A DNA stretch of 64,000 bases from Squalus acanthias (GCA_030390025.1 CM059447.1:48856001-48920000), one strand, 5' to 3'. Numbered from the stretch's first letter, positions 49,766 to 63,900 are shown. The notes: a model not told the origin generated them from the letters alone. Program-made: numbers and translations.

Positions 49766-50395
49766 GACTATTCAAACGTGTGATGCAGTGAAGTCTCCTC
49801 TGCACCTCCACCCCCCCCCCCCACCCTCCCAGGTTGCACTCATCAGCATGCGAAGGTCCTCAGAGTCGATCAACTGCCACCTCCGTGGCTCCAGAGGCTC
49901 GTTCATAGAATGATACAGTGTAGAACGAGGCCATTCAGACCATCATGCTGGTTCTTTGAAAGAGCTCTCCAATTAGTCCCACTCCCCCCTGCTCTCTCCC
50001 CGTAGCCCTGCAAATTTTTCCTTTTCAAGTATTTATCCGATTCCCTTTCGATAGTTACTATTGAATCTGCTTCCACCGCCCTTTCAGGCATCGCATTCCA
50101 GATCACAACAACTCGCTGCGTAAAAAATATTCTCCTCATCATGCCTCTTTTTTTTGCCAATTTTCTTAAATCTGTGTCCTCTGGTTACCGACCCTCCTGC
50201 CAGTGGAAACAGTTTCTCCTTATTTACTCTATCAAAATCCTTTATGATTTTGATGTGGGAGACTTGAAGGAAGCAAAACGAGATTAAAAGTGAACGTAGA
50301 AAAGGTATTAGAAATGGCACTTGTAGGATTCTGTAAAGAGGGGATTGGTCTCTTTAAATTGTGGAGACAGCCTTGTCGAGTGGAGATTTTTTGTT

Positions 50396-51210
50396 CTTAA
50401 ATGGCAGGGCACCATCCTCCAGAGTGGTGACACTGTCCCTTTAAATGGCAGGGCACCGTCCTCCAGAGTGGTGACACTGTCCCTTTAAATGGCAGGGCAC
50501 AGTCTTGCAGAGTGGCAACACTGTCCCTTTAAATGGCAGGGCACAGTCCTGTAGAGTAGCGATACTGTCCCTTTAAATGGCAGGGAACAGTCTTGCAGAG
50601 TGGCGACACTGTCCCTTTAAATGGCAGGGAACAGTCTTGTAGAGTGGCGATACTGTCCCTTTAAATGGCAGGGAACAGCCTTGCAGAGTGGCAACACTGT
50701 CCCTTTAAATGGCAGGAGCCATCTTGCAGAGTGGCGACACTGTCCCTTTAAATGGCAGGGCACAGTCTTGCAGAGTGGCGACACTGTCCCTTTAAATGGC
50801 AGGGAACAGTCTTGCAGAGTGGCGATAATGTCCCTTTAAATGGCAGGGAACAGTCTTGCAGAGTGGTGATACTGTCCCTTTAAATGGCAGGAGCCATCTT
50901 GCAGAGTGGCGACACTGTCCCTTTAAACGGAAGGGCACAGTCTTGCAGAGTGGCGATACTGTCCCTTTAAATGGCAGGGAACAGTCTTGTAGAGTGGTGA
51001 CACTGTCCCTTTAAATGGCAGGAGCAGTCTTGCAGAGTGGCAACACTGTCCCTTTAAATGGCAGGAGCCGTCTTGCAGAGTGGCGACACTGTCCCTTTAA
51101 ATGGCAGGAGCCGTCTTGCAGAGTGGCGACACTGTCCCTTTAAATGGCAGGAGCTGCCTTGCAGAGTGGGACTGGAGGCTGCACAGTGTCGGGACACTGT
51201 CCCTTTAAAT
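50396..51210. repeat. 43-44 bp minisatellite (tttaaatggcagggcacagtcttgcagagtggcgacactgtccc), ~18 units
   Basis: Direct tandem repeats. Confidence 0.92.
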
Positions 51211-51689
51211 AGCAGGGATCGTGCTGCAGTGGGCGCACCTCTTTGAAACAGAGAGGGGCAGTCCTGGGGAGGAGGAGGAGGAACATGCCCCTTTAAACGG
51301 CAGCTTCCTCCCTCGGCTGATCCTCGGAAAACAAGAGGCCCCTTTCTTCACCCTTCCTCCAATCAGCCCGCTCCAAGAAGGCGGAGACTGACTCCAGCTA
51401 CAAGTCCAGTGGAAGCAAAGCTCAGGCAGGAGAGGGGAAGAGAAGAGAGCAAAGGGGGGAAGGGGCTGGGAGCAGGCAGCAGTTTGAAATACACACACAT
51501 GGTGTCACCAGGCATCATGAGCAGTCGGAAAACTCAGGGGCAAAACAGTCCGGAATAGAGAGAGGCACTTCGCTCCACAACAGGTTGGTGAGTTTCCCGT
51601 TAAATCTCTTACAAACAGTCTGTTTGAAGTCATTTCAATCATTCCCCGAGCAGCAGCGTATAACTGGAAAAAGACGAAAGGAAGAGAGA

Positions 51690-53935
51690 GTCTTGCATTT
51701 ATACAGCGACCGCCAGACGTCCCAAAGCGCTTTACAGCCAATGAAGTACTTTTTAAAGTGTTGTCACTGTTGTAATGTAGGAAACGCGGCAGCAAATTTG
51801 TGCACAGCAAGCTCCCACAAACAGCAATGTGAGAATGAGCAGATCATCTGTTTTAGTGATGTTGATGGAGGGATAAATATTGGCCCCAGGACACCGGGGA
51901 GAACTCCCCCTGCTCTTCTTCGAAATAGTGGCCGCGGGATCTTTTACGTCCACCTGAGAGGGCAGACGGGGCCTCGGTTTAATGTCTCATCCGAAAGACA
52001 GCATTTCTGACAGTGCGGCACTCCCTCAGTACCGCCTCTCCGACAGTGCGGCGCTCCCTCAGTACCGCCCCTCCGACAGTGCGGCGCTCCCTCAGTACCG
52101 CCCCTCTGACAGTGCGGCGCTACCTCAGTTCTCCACCTCCGACAGTGCGGCACTCCCTCGGTACTGCCCCTCCGACAGTGCAGCGCTCCCTCAGTACTCC
52201 ACCTCCGACAGTGCGGCACTCCCTCAGTACTGCCCCTCCGACAGTGCGGCACTCCCTCAGTACTGCCCCTCCGACAGTGCGGCACTCCCTCAGTACTGCG
52301 CCTCCGACAGTGCGGCACTTCCTCAGTACTGCCCCTCCGACAGTGCGGCGCTCCCTCAGTACTGCCTCTCCAACAGTGCGGCACTCCCTCAGTGCTGCCC
52401 CTCCGATAGTGCGGTGCACCCTCAGTACTGCCCCTCCAACAGTGCAGCGCTCCCTCAGTACTGCCCCTCCAACAGTGCAGCGCTCCCTCAGTACCACCCC
52501 TCCGACAGTGCATCGCTCCCTCAGTACTGCCCCTCCGACAGTGCAGTGCTCACTCAGCACTGCCTCTCCAACAGTGCACCGTTCCCTCAGTACCGTCCCA
52601 ACGACAGTGCAGAGCTCCCTCAGTACTGCCGCTCCGACAGTGCAGAGCTCCCTCAGTACTGCCGCTCCGACAGTGTGGAGCTCCCTCAGTACTGCCGCTC
52701 CGACAGTGCGGCGCTCCCTCAGTACTGCCCCTCCGACAGTGCGGCGTTCACTCAGTACTGCCCCTCCGACAGTGCAGCCCTCACTCAGTACTGCCCCTCC
52801 GACAGTGCGGCCCTCCCTCAGTACTCCACCTCCGACAGTGCGGCACTCCCTCAGTACTGCCCCTCCGACAGTGCGGCACTCCCTCAGTACTGCCCCTCCG
52901 ACAGTGCGGCACTCCCTCAGTACTGCGCCTCCGACAGTGCGGCACTTCCTCAGTACTGCCCCTCCGACAGTGCGGCGCTCCCTCAGTACTGCCTCTCCAA
53001 CAGTGCGGCACTCCCTCAGTGCTGCCTCTCCAACAGTGCGGCACTCCCTCAGTGCTGCCCCTCCGATAGTGCGGTGCACCCTCAGTACTGCCCCTCCAAC
53101 AGTGCAGCGCTCCCTCAGTACTGCCCCTCCAACAGTGCAGCGCTCCCTCAGTACCACCCCTCCGACAGTGCATCGCTCCCTCAGTACTGCCCCTCCGACA
53201 GTGCAGTGCTCACTCAGCACTGCCTCTCCAACAGTGCACCGTTCCCTCAGTACCGTCCCAACGACAGTGCAGAGCTCCCTCAGTACTGCCGCTCCGACAG
53301 TGCAGAGCTCCCTCAGTACTGCCGCTCCGACAGTGCAGAGCTCCCTCAGTACTGCCGCTCCGACAGTGCGGAGCTCCCTCAGTACTGCCGCTCCAACAGT
53401 GCGGCGCTCCCTCAGTACTGCCCCTCCGACAGTGCGGCGTTCACTCAGTACTGCCCCTCCGACAGTGCAGCCCTCACTCAGTACTGCCCCTCCGACAGTG
53501 CGGCCCTCCCTCAGTACTGCCCCTCCGACAGTGCGGCGCCCCCTCAGTACTGCCCCTCCGACAGTGCGGCGCCCCCTCAGTACTGCCCCTCCGACAGTGC
53601 GGCGCTCCCTCAGTACCGCCCCTCCGACAGTGCCACGCTCCCTCAGCACCGCCCCGCCGACAGTGCGGCGCTCCCTCAGTACTGCCCCTCCGACAGTGCC
53701 GCGCTCCCTCAGTACTGCCCCTCCGACAGTGCAGCGCTCCCTCAGTACTGCCCCTCCGACAGTGCGGCGCTCCCTCAGTACTGCACCTCCGACAGTGCGG
53801 CGCTCCCTCAGCACTGCCCCTCCGACAGTGCAGCGCTCCCTCAGCACTGCCCCTCCGACAGTGCGGCGCTCCCTCGGTACTGCACTGGGAGTGTCAGCCT
53901 AGATTTCTGGAGTAGGACTCCTCTGAGCCACAGCC
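51690..53935 (-). repeat. Deu-domain SINE with a ~57-unit 33-bp minisatellite (about 52009-53890)
   Basis: SINE tail and body on the left, head remnant on the right; the array generates the 575-694 aa repetitive ORFs. Confidence 0.92.
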
Positions 53936-54335
53936 GACAAGAGCTGACTACAAGCAAACAAGCTGCAATTTCTTTCAAACAAATGTTTTTGCAAAAGAAA
54001 TTGTGCAAAGTGCTTGCACAATGTGTTGTGTTTCGGAGCAGAAAGACTGCAGGAAATTCTTTTTAAAATATATAGGCTTAGCGATGGTTGCTGCAACTTG
54101 TAAATGTTCTGTTTTGCAACCCCAGAGGAGGAGATGCAGTTGTTGCTACGGTTTCTGGAAGTGCTACGACAACGGTCAGGGTGCATGGGGAGCAGGGGGT
54201 CAGGGGTCAGCTAGCAGAATGGACGGAAAGATGGCTACACAAACAGATTTGAAGACAGATTCTTGGGCTGGCGGTAAGTGGGAAGTGGTTTCCTGCAGGG
54301 ACCCGTGCTGGGACCACTGTTGTTCGCACATATTA

Positions 54336-55215
54336 AAGAAAGACTTGAATTTCTCCAGCGCCTTTCACAACCTCAGGGCATCAAAAAGCGCTTTAAAGTC
54401 AATGAAGTACTTTATTTGAAGTGTAGTCACTGTTGTAATGTAGGAAACGCGGCAGCCAATTTGCGCACAGCAAGCTCCCGCAAACAGCAATGTGATAATG
54501 ACCAGATCATCTGTTTTGGTGATGTTGGTTGAGGGATAAATATTGGCCCCAGGACACCGGGGAGAACACCCCCCTGCTCTTCTTCCAATAGTGGCCGTGG
54601 GATCTTTTATGTCCACCTGAGAAAGCGGACGGGGCCTCGGGTTAACGTCTCAACTGAAAGACAGCACCTCCGACAATGCAGCGCTCCCTCAGTACCGCCC
54701 CTCCGACAGTGCAGCACTCCCTCAGTACTGCCCCTCCGACAGTGCGGCGCTGCCTCAGTACTGCCCCTCCGACAGCGCGGCGCTCCCTCAGTACAGCCCC
54801 TCCGACAGTGCGGCGCTCCCTCAGTACCGCCCCTCCGACAGTGCGGCGCTCCCTCAGTACTGCCCCTCCGACAGTGCGGCGCTCCCTCAGTACTGCCCCT
54901 CCGACAGTGCGGCGCTCCCTCAGTACTGCCCCTCCGACAGTGCGGCACTCCCTCAGTACTGCCCCTCCGACAGTGCGGCGATCCCTCAGTACTGCCCACT
55001 CCGACAGTGCGGCGCTCCCTCAGTACTGCCCGTCTGACATTGCGGCGCTCCCTCAGTACTGCCCCTCCGACAGTGCGGCGCTCCCTCAGTACTGCCCACT
55101 CCGACAGAGCGGCGCTCCCTCAGTACGGCACCTCTGACAGTGCGGCACTCCCTCAACTGCTCAAGAATTGAACCCACAACCTTCTGACTCAAAGACGAGC
55201 GTGTTACCAGCTGAC
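54336..55215 (-). repeat. Deu-domain SINE with a ~15-unit 33-bp array
   Basis: Same architecture as 51690-53935. Confidence 0.88.
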
Positions 55216-56524
55216 ACAGCTCAATTGCTTGGACTCAGAAATTGGAGGGATGGTGTGAAAATTTGCAAACGATGTAAAACTGGTGGGGTATCGCTGATAA
55301 AGTGGTGGACTGCACGAAATTACAGGAAGATATAAACAGGCTTGCAGAGTAGGTAGATCTATGGCAAAAGAAATTCAGGATGGTAAAATGTGAGGTGGTT
55401 CATTTTGGTAGGAGGAATAAGGAGGCCATTTATTCCTTAGAAGGTAAGAAACTGAATAGGGTAGAGGAGCAAAGAGATCTGGGAACGCAGATACATAAAT
55501 CGCTAAAAGTCATAGATAAGGTCATAAAGATGGAAATAATGTTCTGAGGTTCAGTTCTAGAGGATTAGATAACAAAAGCAGGGAGCCAATGTTAAATTTA
55601 TTTAGACCCTTGGTTAGACCACACTGAGGATACCATGAGCAGTTCTGGTCTCCATACTACAAAAAGGATTACATAGGATATACGGCACAGAAACAGGCCA
55701 TTCGGCCCAACCAGTCCATGCCGGCGTTTATGCTCCACTCGACCCTCCTCCCGTCTTTCCTCATCTAAATCAATCAGCGTAACCCTCTATTCCCTTCTCC
55801 CTCACAAGCCTCCCCTTAAATGCATCTACACTATTCACCTCAACCACTCCCTGTGGTAGCGAGTTCCACATTCTCACCACTCTCTGGGTAAAGAAGTTTC
55901 TCCTGAATTCCCGATTGGATTTCTTGGTGACTCTCTTATATTGATGGTCTCTAGTTATGGTCTTCCCCACAAGTGGAAACATTCTCTCTGTATCCACTCT
56001 AACAAAACCTTTCATAATTTTAAAAGACCTCTATTAGCCTTTTTTCAAGAGAAAAGAGACCCAGCCTGTCCATCCTTTCCTGATATGTATACCCTCGCAT
56101 TTCTGGTATCATCCTTGTAAATCTTCTCTGCACCCTCTCCAGTGCCTCTATATCCTTTTTATAATATGATGACCAGAACTGCAGACAGTATTCTAAGTGT
56201 GGTCTAACCAAGGTTCGATACAGGTTTAGCATAACTTCCCTACTTTTCAATTCTATCCCCCTAGAAATAAACCCTAGAGGACATTCAAGCACTGGAGATA
56301 GTGCAGAAAAGTTTTACAAGAATATTGCCAGAATTGAGAGGATGCGACAGTCAGGAAAGATTGAGAAGGCTGGGGCTCTTTTCCCTGGGAAACAAGAAGA
56401 CTGAGAGGAAACCTAATAGAGGTCTTCCAAATTATGAAGGGGTCCACAGGGTAGATGTGGGGAAACTGTTTCCACTTGTGGGAGATTCCAGAACTGGGGG
56501 ACATAAATATAAGATAGCCCTTAA

Positions 56525-57467
56525 TAGAAACATAGAAAAATAGGAGCAGGAGTAGGCCATTCGGCCCTTTGAGCCTGCTCCGCCATTCAATATGATCATG
56601 GCTGATCCTCTATCTCAGTACCATATTCCCGCTCTCTCCCCATACCCCTTGACGCCTTTTGCATCTAGAAATCTATCTATCTCCTTCTTAAATATATTCA
56701 GTGTCTTGGCTTCCACAGCCCTCTGTGGTAGAGAATTCCACAGGTTCACCACCCTCTGAGTGAAGAAATTTCACCTCATCTCAGTCCTAAATGTCCTACC
56801 CCATATCCTGAGACTGTGACCCCTCGTTCTAGACTCCCCAGCCAGGGGAAACATCCTCCCTGCATCCAGTCTGTCTAGCCCTGTCAGAATTTTATACGTT
56901 TCAATGAGATCCCCTCTCATTCTTCTAAACTCTAGTGAATACAGGCCTAGTCGACCCAATCTCTCCTCATACGACAGTCCTGCCATCCCAGGAATCAATC
57001 TGGTGAACCTTCGCTGCACTCCCTCCGTGGCAAGTATATCCTTTCTTGGGTAAGGAGACCAAAACTGCACACAGTACTCCAGGTGTGGTCTCACCAAGGC
57101 CCTGTACAACTGTAGTAAGACATCCTTGCTCCTGTACTCAAATCCTCTTGCAATGAAGGCCAACACACCATTTGCCTTCCTAACTGCTTGCTGCACCTGC
57201 ATGTTTGCTTTCAGTGATTGGTGTACAAGGACACCCAGGTCCTTTTGTACATCAACATTTCCCAATCTATCACCATTTAAATAATAATCTGCCTTTCTGT
57301 TTTTCCCACCAAAGTGGATAACTTCACATTTATCCACGTTATACAGCATCTGCCATGTATTTGCCCACTCACTCAACTTGTCTAAAATCACCTTGAAGCC
57401 TCTTTGCATCCTCCTCACAACTCACAATCCCACCTAGTTTCATGTCGTCAGCAAACTTGGAAATATT
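56525..57467 (-). mobile_element. CR1 RT/3' fragment (continues at 58211-58240 after the MITE)
   Basis: ORF 56771-57418. Confidence 0.9.
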
Positions 57468-58210
57468 GGGCCGAAAATTGATCCCGGGACGCGAGAGTAC
57501 GCACTGCATACTCTCGCGTATTCCCACTCCAATTGCCGGTTTTCTGCATGCCCTGCGCATGCGCTGAAAACCGGCAATTGCTCTTCTGAAAAGGGGGCGG
57601 GTCCTGGGTGCATCGCGTGCGCGCTACAGGCTGCGCGCACGCTGTGCACTTCATGCTTTGGACGTGCAGGTAAGTAGGGAAGATTTTGGAAATGTAAAAA
57701 GGAGTAGTAAGACCCGCTTTTAAGAAGGTAAGTAGTGAATTAAGTATTTTTTTGAATTTTTTTTTACAGGTATATCTTTTTTAGAGACTTTAAAGACAGG
57801 TAAGTTTATTTTTATAACTTTTTAAAAGATTTTAAATTTTTTCAAAAATTTAATTTTTTATTTAAAATGGTTAATTTAATTAACTATACTTATTTTATTA
57901 ATGTGATGGTTTTTTTTTTAAATTTAATTGAGGTTTAGCTGTTATTTTGGGGGGGTGTAAGATTCATAGATTTCACAGGGTGCTGTGAAACTTATGAATG
58001 GAAGATGGTGTGCTGCCATTGGCTCTAACTGAGTCACGTGATCCCACAGCTCGCACGAATTCACTACGCCGCTGGGATACGCAAGCACTGCCCAGCTGAT
58101 CTCTAGAACATGAAGTTTGTGCGAGCTGGATCTGAAAAAGCACAAGCGAGGTGAGAGATCGCGGGAAAGCCTTACCCCCGCGGGAACAGAGCGAGATCAA
58201 TTTCTGGGCC
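57468..58210. mobile_element. Non-autonomous DNA transposon (MITE, probably Harbinger), 743 bp
   Basis: Imperfect TIRs gggccgaaaattgatcccg / cgagatcaatttctgggcc and a 3-bp duplication ATT; splits a CR1 cleanly. Confidence 0.75.
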
Positions 58211-60350
58211 ATTACATTTGGTTCCCTCATCCAGATCATTAACAGATCAAATAAAGAATTTAGGAGACATTTCTTTATACAGCGAGTGTTGAGAATGTAG
58301 AATGTGCTACCACATGGAATGGTTGAGCATTGACGCATTTAAGAGGAGTCTTGATGCCTACGTGGGGGACAAAGGAATAGAGGGACACAGGGGCAAGGAG
58401 GAAAGAGATAATTAGAGTGGGAGTTAGCTCGTGTGGAGTATAAACACTGACACAGACAAGTCGGACCAAATAGTCATTTCCATCGCTCCACCATTGGCGG
58501 CCGTGCCTTCAGCCACCTGGGCCCTAAGCTCTGGAATCCCCTCCCTAAACCTCTCCGCCATGCTCTCCTCCTTTTAAGACGCTCCTTAAAACCGAACTCT
58601 TTGAGCCAGCTTTTGGTCACCTGTCCTAATATCGCCTTATGTGGCTCGGTGTCAAATTCTGTTTGATAATCGCTCCTGTGAAGCGCCTTGGGACATTTTA
58701 CTACGTTAAAGGCGCTATATAGATGCAAGCTGTTGTAGTGTTATTCATGGAATTTCCTCATGGTCTGTTCTCTCTGTTCTAAAACACTTTCTAACGTGTT
58801 TCCTGCAGACAGGCACTGGACCAGCAATGGAGTTGAGAAAGAGAAGGTGAGGAGGGCACCAGACTGAGCCACCTTGGTACTCCAATACAGGACGTCTACG
58901 GAAAACCAGGGTAGTGCGTCATCTTGTACGGGAACAGGACTCCGAGATGTTAACAGTCAAATTGCCCCACCTCTTAAACAATCACCAAGTCCCCAGAGTA
59001 AGTCCAACGTAACTGACATCTCATCCAAACTTTCAGAGCAAAGAGAATTCGTTCATTCTGGAACTGTAGACTAATTACCACGATAGTGATCACAATATTT
59101 TTTTTTTTTTCGTTTACGGGATGTGGACGTTGCTGCCAAGGCCAGTATTTATTGCCCATCCCGAATTGCCCTTGAGAAGGTGATGGTGAGACGCCTTCTT
59201 GAACCGCTGCAGTCCGTGTGGTGAAGGTGCTCCCACAGTGCTATTAGGGAGGGAGTTCCAGGATTTTGACCCAGCGACGATGAAGGAACGGCCGATATAT
59301 TTCCAAGTCAGGATGGTGTGTGACTTGGAGGGGAATTTGGAGGTGGTGGTGTTCCCATGCGCCTGCTGCCCTTGTCCTTCTAGGTGGAAGAGGTCGCGGG
59401 TTTGGGAAGTGCTGCTGAAGAAACCTTGGCGAGTTGCTGCAGTGCATCTTGTCGATGGTACACACTGCAGCCATGGTATGCCGGTGGAGGAGGGAGTGAA
59501 TGTTGAAGGTGGTGGATGGGGTGCCAATCAAGCGGGCTGCTTTGTCCTGAATGGTGTCGACCTTCTTGAGTGTTGTTGGAGCTGCACGCATCCAGGCAAG
59601 TGGAGAGTATTCCATCACACTCCTTACTTGTGCCTTGTAGATGGTGTAAAGGCTTTGGGGAGTCAGGAGGTGAGACATTCGCCACAGAATACCCAGCCTC
59701 TGACCTGCTCTTGTTGCCACAGTATTTATGTGGCTGGTCCAGTTAAGTTTCTGGTCAATGGTGACCCCCCAGGATGTTGATGGTGGGGGATTCAGCGATG
59801 GTAATGCCGTTGAATGTCAAGGGGCAGTGGTTAGACTCTCGCTTGTTGGAGAAAGTCATTGCCTGGCACTTGTGTGGTGCGAGTGTTACCTGCCACTTAT
59901 CAGCCCATGTCTGAACGTCGTCCAGGCCTTGTTGCATGTCTATTATACCTCAACATTAATCAAAAAAAATCTTGCGTAGGACACCCACTTCCTGTCCACA
60001 AACCTTACTACTTGTTGTCACGGTTTGTGGTCACGCTTTTGTGACATCATGTCCAATGCTAACTTGCTATGTCAACATTTCCCAATCAATTTTGCTATGT
60101 AAACGGTCACGGTGTAGTTTCAGACTCTGGCCACTTGGTGGCTCTATAGCGCAGGCTACGAAAGTCTCTCCCTCCCAATTCCAGCACCAATCTTGTATGT
60201 ATATATAAAAAAAACTATATATTCATCAACTGACTGTGCGAAATTCAAGAGATTTATCTGAAAAACATACTCAGAAATATTTATCTGACCCCTTCCTGAT
60301 ATCAGGTTAAAAATTAACGTTAACATTTCTAGCTCATGATCACTCACCAA

Positions 60351-60363
60351 TGCCCCCTGCTGG
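60351..60363 (-). promoter_or_regulatory. CTCF-like motif CCAGCAGGGGGCA
   Basis: Consensus match; convergent with a + strand motif at 60128-60146. Confidence 0.45.
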
Positions 60364-60968
60364 AGACCTGGTGACGTTTTATTAGCACAGCTGAAAATGG
60401 GTTTATCTGCAAAAATATGTATTTTTCATAAGGGTGTCCGGCGCTCCACCTGTGAGTAACCTGATTTAAAATCTTTGAAGATGACTATACTGAACCATTT
60501 AATAGTTTCAATGGGGTTTTTACTAGTCAGTTTCTTAAGAAATTAAATATCTTTTGATCTGAAAAAAAACTTTTACAACGTTCCTGCTACTGCAGCTCAA
60601 AAAATGAATGCAATTTCAAGAGCCTTCCCGAACCAGCGCAATTGGCAGAGCCTCGCAATGTCTTCCTGGGGGTGTGGTCAGTCGACATTGGGTCTTGAAC
60701 CGGTGTAAAAGATTGCAAAAAACATAGGAGTGGTTATGGGCATAATTCACTTGCGTTTAAAGTTCCCCGATCTCTCGCGCTGGTTCGTTCGATTCCGCTG
60801 GGATTGCGCTGTACTGCCGGAATCTAGTGGAATCTCAACCTCAGTGTCAATGCAGCTTATGATCGGAAATCTTTCCTCGGTATGGGTGACTCCAGAATGG
60901 AGGATGCTGGAAAGTGGTCTCCAGGATTTGAGGGATCCTGCTCAGCTCACTTTGTCTCTCTTAGTGTG

Positions 60969-63900
60969 AGCCATGGCTCAGTGGGTAGCACTCTGGCCTC
61001 TGGGTCAGAAGGTCGTGGGTGCGCAGCCCCACTCCAGAGACTTTAGCACAAAATCCAGGCTGACGCTGCCAGTGCCAGTACTGAGGGAGCGCCGCACTAT
61101 CGGAGGGGCGGTACTGAGGAGCGCCGCACTGTCGGAGGGGCGGTACTGAGGGAGCGCCGCACTGTCGGAGGGGCGGTACTGAGGGAGCGCCGCACTGTCG
61201 GAGGGGCGGTACTGAGGGAGCGCCGCACTGTCGCAGGGGCGGTACTGAGAGAGCGCCGCACTATCGGAGGGGCAGTACTGAGGGAGCGCCGCACTGTCGG
61301 AGGGGCAGTACTGAGGGAGCGCCGCACTGTCGGAGGGGCAGTGCTGAGGGAGCGCCGCACTGTCGGAGGGGCAGTACTGAGGGAGCGCCGCACTGTCGGA
61401 GGGGCAGTACTGAGGGAGCGCCTCACTGTCGGAGGGGCAGTACTCAGGGAGCGCCACACTGTCGGAGGGGCGGTACTGAGGGAGCGCCGCACTGTCGGAG
61501 GGTCAGTACCCAGGGAGCGCAGCATTGTCGGAGGGGCATTACTGAGGGAGCACCGCACTGTCGGAGGGGCGGTACTGAGGGAGCGCCGCACTGTCGGGGG
61601 GGCTGTACTGAGGGAGCGCCTCACTGTCGGAGGGGCAGTACTCAGGGAGCGCCACACTGTCGGAGGGGCGGTACTGAGGGAGCGCCGGACTGTCAGAGGG
61701 TCAGTACCCAGGGAGCGCAGCATTGTCGGAGGGGCATTACTGAGGGAGCACCGCACTGTCGGAGGGGCGGTACTGAGGGAGCGCCGCACTGTCGGAGGGG
61801 CTGTACTGAGGGAGCGCTGCACTGTCGGAGGGGCAGTACTGAGGGAGTGCCGCACTGTCGGAGGGGCAGTACTGAGGGAGCGCCGCACTGTCGGAGGGGC
61901 AGTACTGAGGGAGCGCCGCACTGTCGGAGGGGCAGTGCTGAGGGAGCGCCGCACTGTCGGAGGGGCAGTACTGAGGGAGCACCGCACTGTTGGAGGGGCG
62001 GTACTGAGGGAGTGCTGCACTGTTGGAGGGGCAGTACTGAGCGAGCGCCGCACTGTTGGAGGCGCGATACTGAGGGAGCGCCGCACTGTCGGAGAGGCAG
62101 TACTGTGGGAGCGCCGCACTGTCGGAGGAGCAGTACTCAGGGAGCGCCGCACTGTCGGAGGGGCGGTACTGAGGGAGCGCCGCACTGTCGGAGGGACAGT
62201 ACTGAGGGAGCGCCGCACTGTCAGAGCGGCTGTACTGAGGGAGCGCCGCACTGTTGGAGGGGCAGTACTGAGGGAGCGCCGCACTGTCGGAGGGGCAGTA
62301 CCCAGGGAGCGCCGCACTGTCGGAGGGGCAGTACTGAGGGAGCGCCGCACTGTCTGAGGCGCGATACTGAGGGAGCGCCGCACTGTCGGAGAGGCAGTAC
62401 TGTGGGAGCGCCGCACTGTCGGAGGAGCAGTACTCAGGGAGCGCCGCACTGTCGGAGGGGCGGTACTGAGGGAGCGCCGCACTGTCGGAGGGACAGTACT
62501 GAGGGAGCGCCGCACTGTCAGAGGGGCTGTACTGAGGGAGCGCCGCACTATCGGAGGGGCAGTACTGAGGGAGCGCCGCACTGTCGGAGGGGCAGTACTG
62601 AGGGAGCGCCGCACTGTTGGAGGGGCAGTACTGAGGGAGTGCCGCACTGTCAGAGGGGCAGTACTGAGGGAGCGCCGCACTGTCGGAGGGGCAGTACTGA
62701 GGGAGCGCCGCACTGTCGGAGGGGCGGTACTGAGGGAGCGCTGCACTGTCGGAGGCGCAGTACTGAGGGAGCGCCGCACTGTCGGAGGGGCGGTACTCAG
62801 GGAGCGCCGCACTGTCGGAGGGGCAGTACCCAGGGAGCGCTGCACTGTTGGAAGGGCAGTACTGAGTGAGCACCGCACTGTCGGAGGGGCAGTACTGAGG
62901 GAGCACCGCACTGTCGGAGGGGCGGTACTGAGGGAGTGCTGCACTGTTGGAGGGGCAGTCCTGAGCGAGCGTCGCACTGTCGGAGGGGCAGTACTGAGGG
63001 AGCGCCGCACTGTCGAAGGGGCAGTACTGCGGGAGTGTTGCACTGTCGGAGGGGCGGTACTGAGGGAGCGCCGCACTGTCAGAAGGGGCAGTACTGAGGG
63101 AGCGCCGCACTGTCGGAGGGGCAGTACTGAGGGAGCGCCGCACTGTTGGAGGGGCAGTACTGAGGGAGCGCCGCGCTGTCGGAGGGGCAGTACTGAGGGA
63201 GTTTTGCACTGTCAGAGAGGCAGTACTGAAGGAGCGCCGCACTGTCAGAGGGGCAGCACTGAGGGAGCACTGCAGTGTCAGAGAGGCAGCACTGAGAGAG
63301 CACCGCACTGTCGGAGGGCCGGTACTGAGGGAGTGCTGCACTGTTGGAGAGGCAGTACTGCGGGAGTTTTGCACTGTCGGAGGGGTAGTACTGAGGGAGC
63401 ACCGCACTGTCGGAAGGGGCAGTACTGAGGGAGCGCCGCACTGTCGGAAGAGGCAGTACTGAGGGAGTGCTGCACTGTCGGAGGGGCGGTACTCAGGGAG
63501 CGCCGCACTGTCGGAGGGGCAGTACCCAGGGAGCGCTGCACTGTTGGAAGGGCAGTACTGAGTGAGCACCGCACTGTCGGAGGGGCGGTACTGAGGGAGC
63601 GCCGCACTGTCGGAGAGGCAGTACTGAGGGAGCGCCGCACTGTCGGAGGAGCAGTACTGAGGGAGTGCCGCACTGTCGGAGGGGCAGTACTGAGGGAGCG
63701 CCGCACTGTCGGAGGGGCAGTACTGAGGGAGCACCGCACTGTCGGAGGGGCGGTACTGAGGGAGTGCTGCACTGTTGGAGGGGCAGTACTGAGCGAGCGT
63801 CGCACTGTCGGAGGGGCAGTACTGAGGGAGCGCCGCACTGTCGAAGGGGCAGTACTGCGGGAGTGTTGCACTGTCGGAGGGGCGGTACTGAGGGAGCGCC

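Noticed and set aside
51982-54066. 694-aa and overlapping 575-629 aa ORFs
   Set aside because: Translation of the 33-bp (11-codon) SINE minisatellite; open in multiple frames on both strands.
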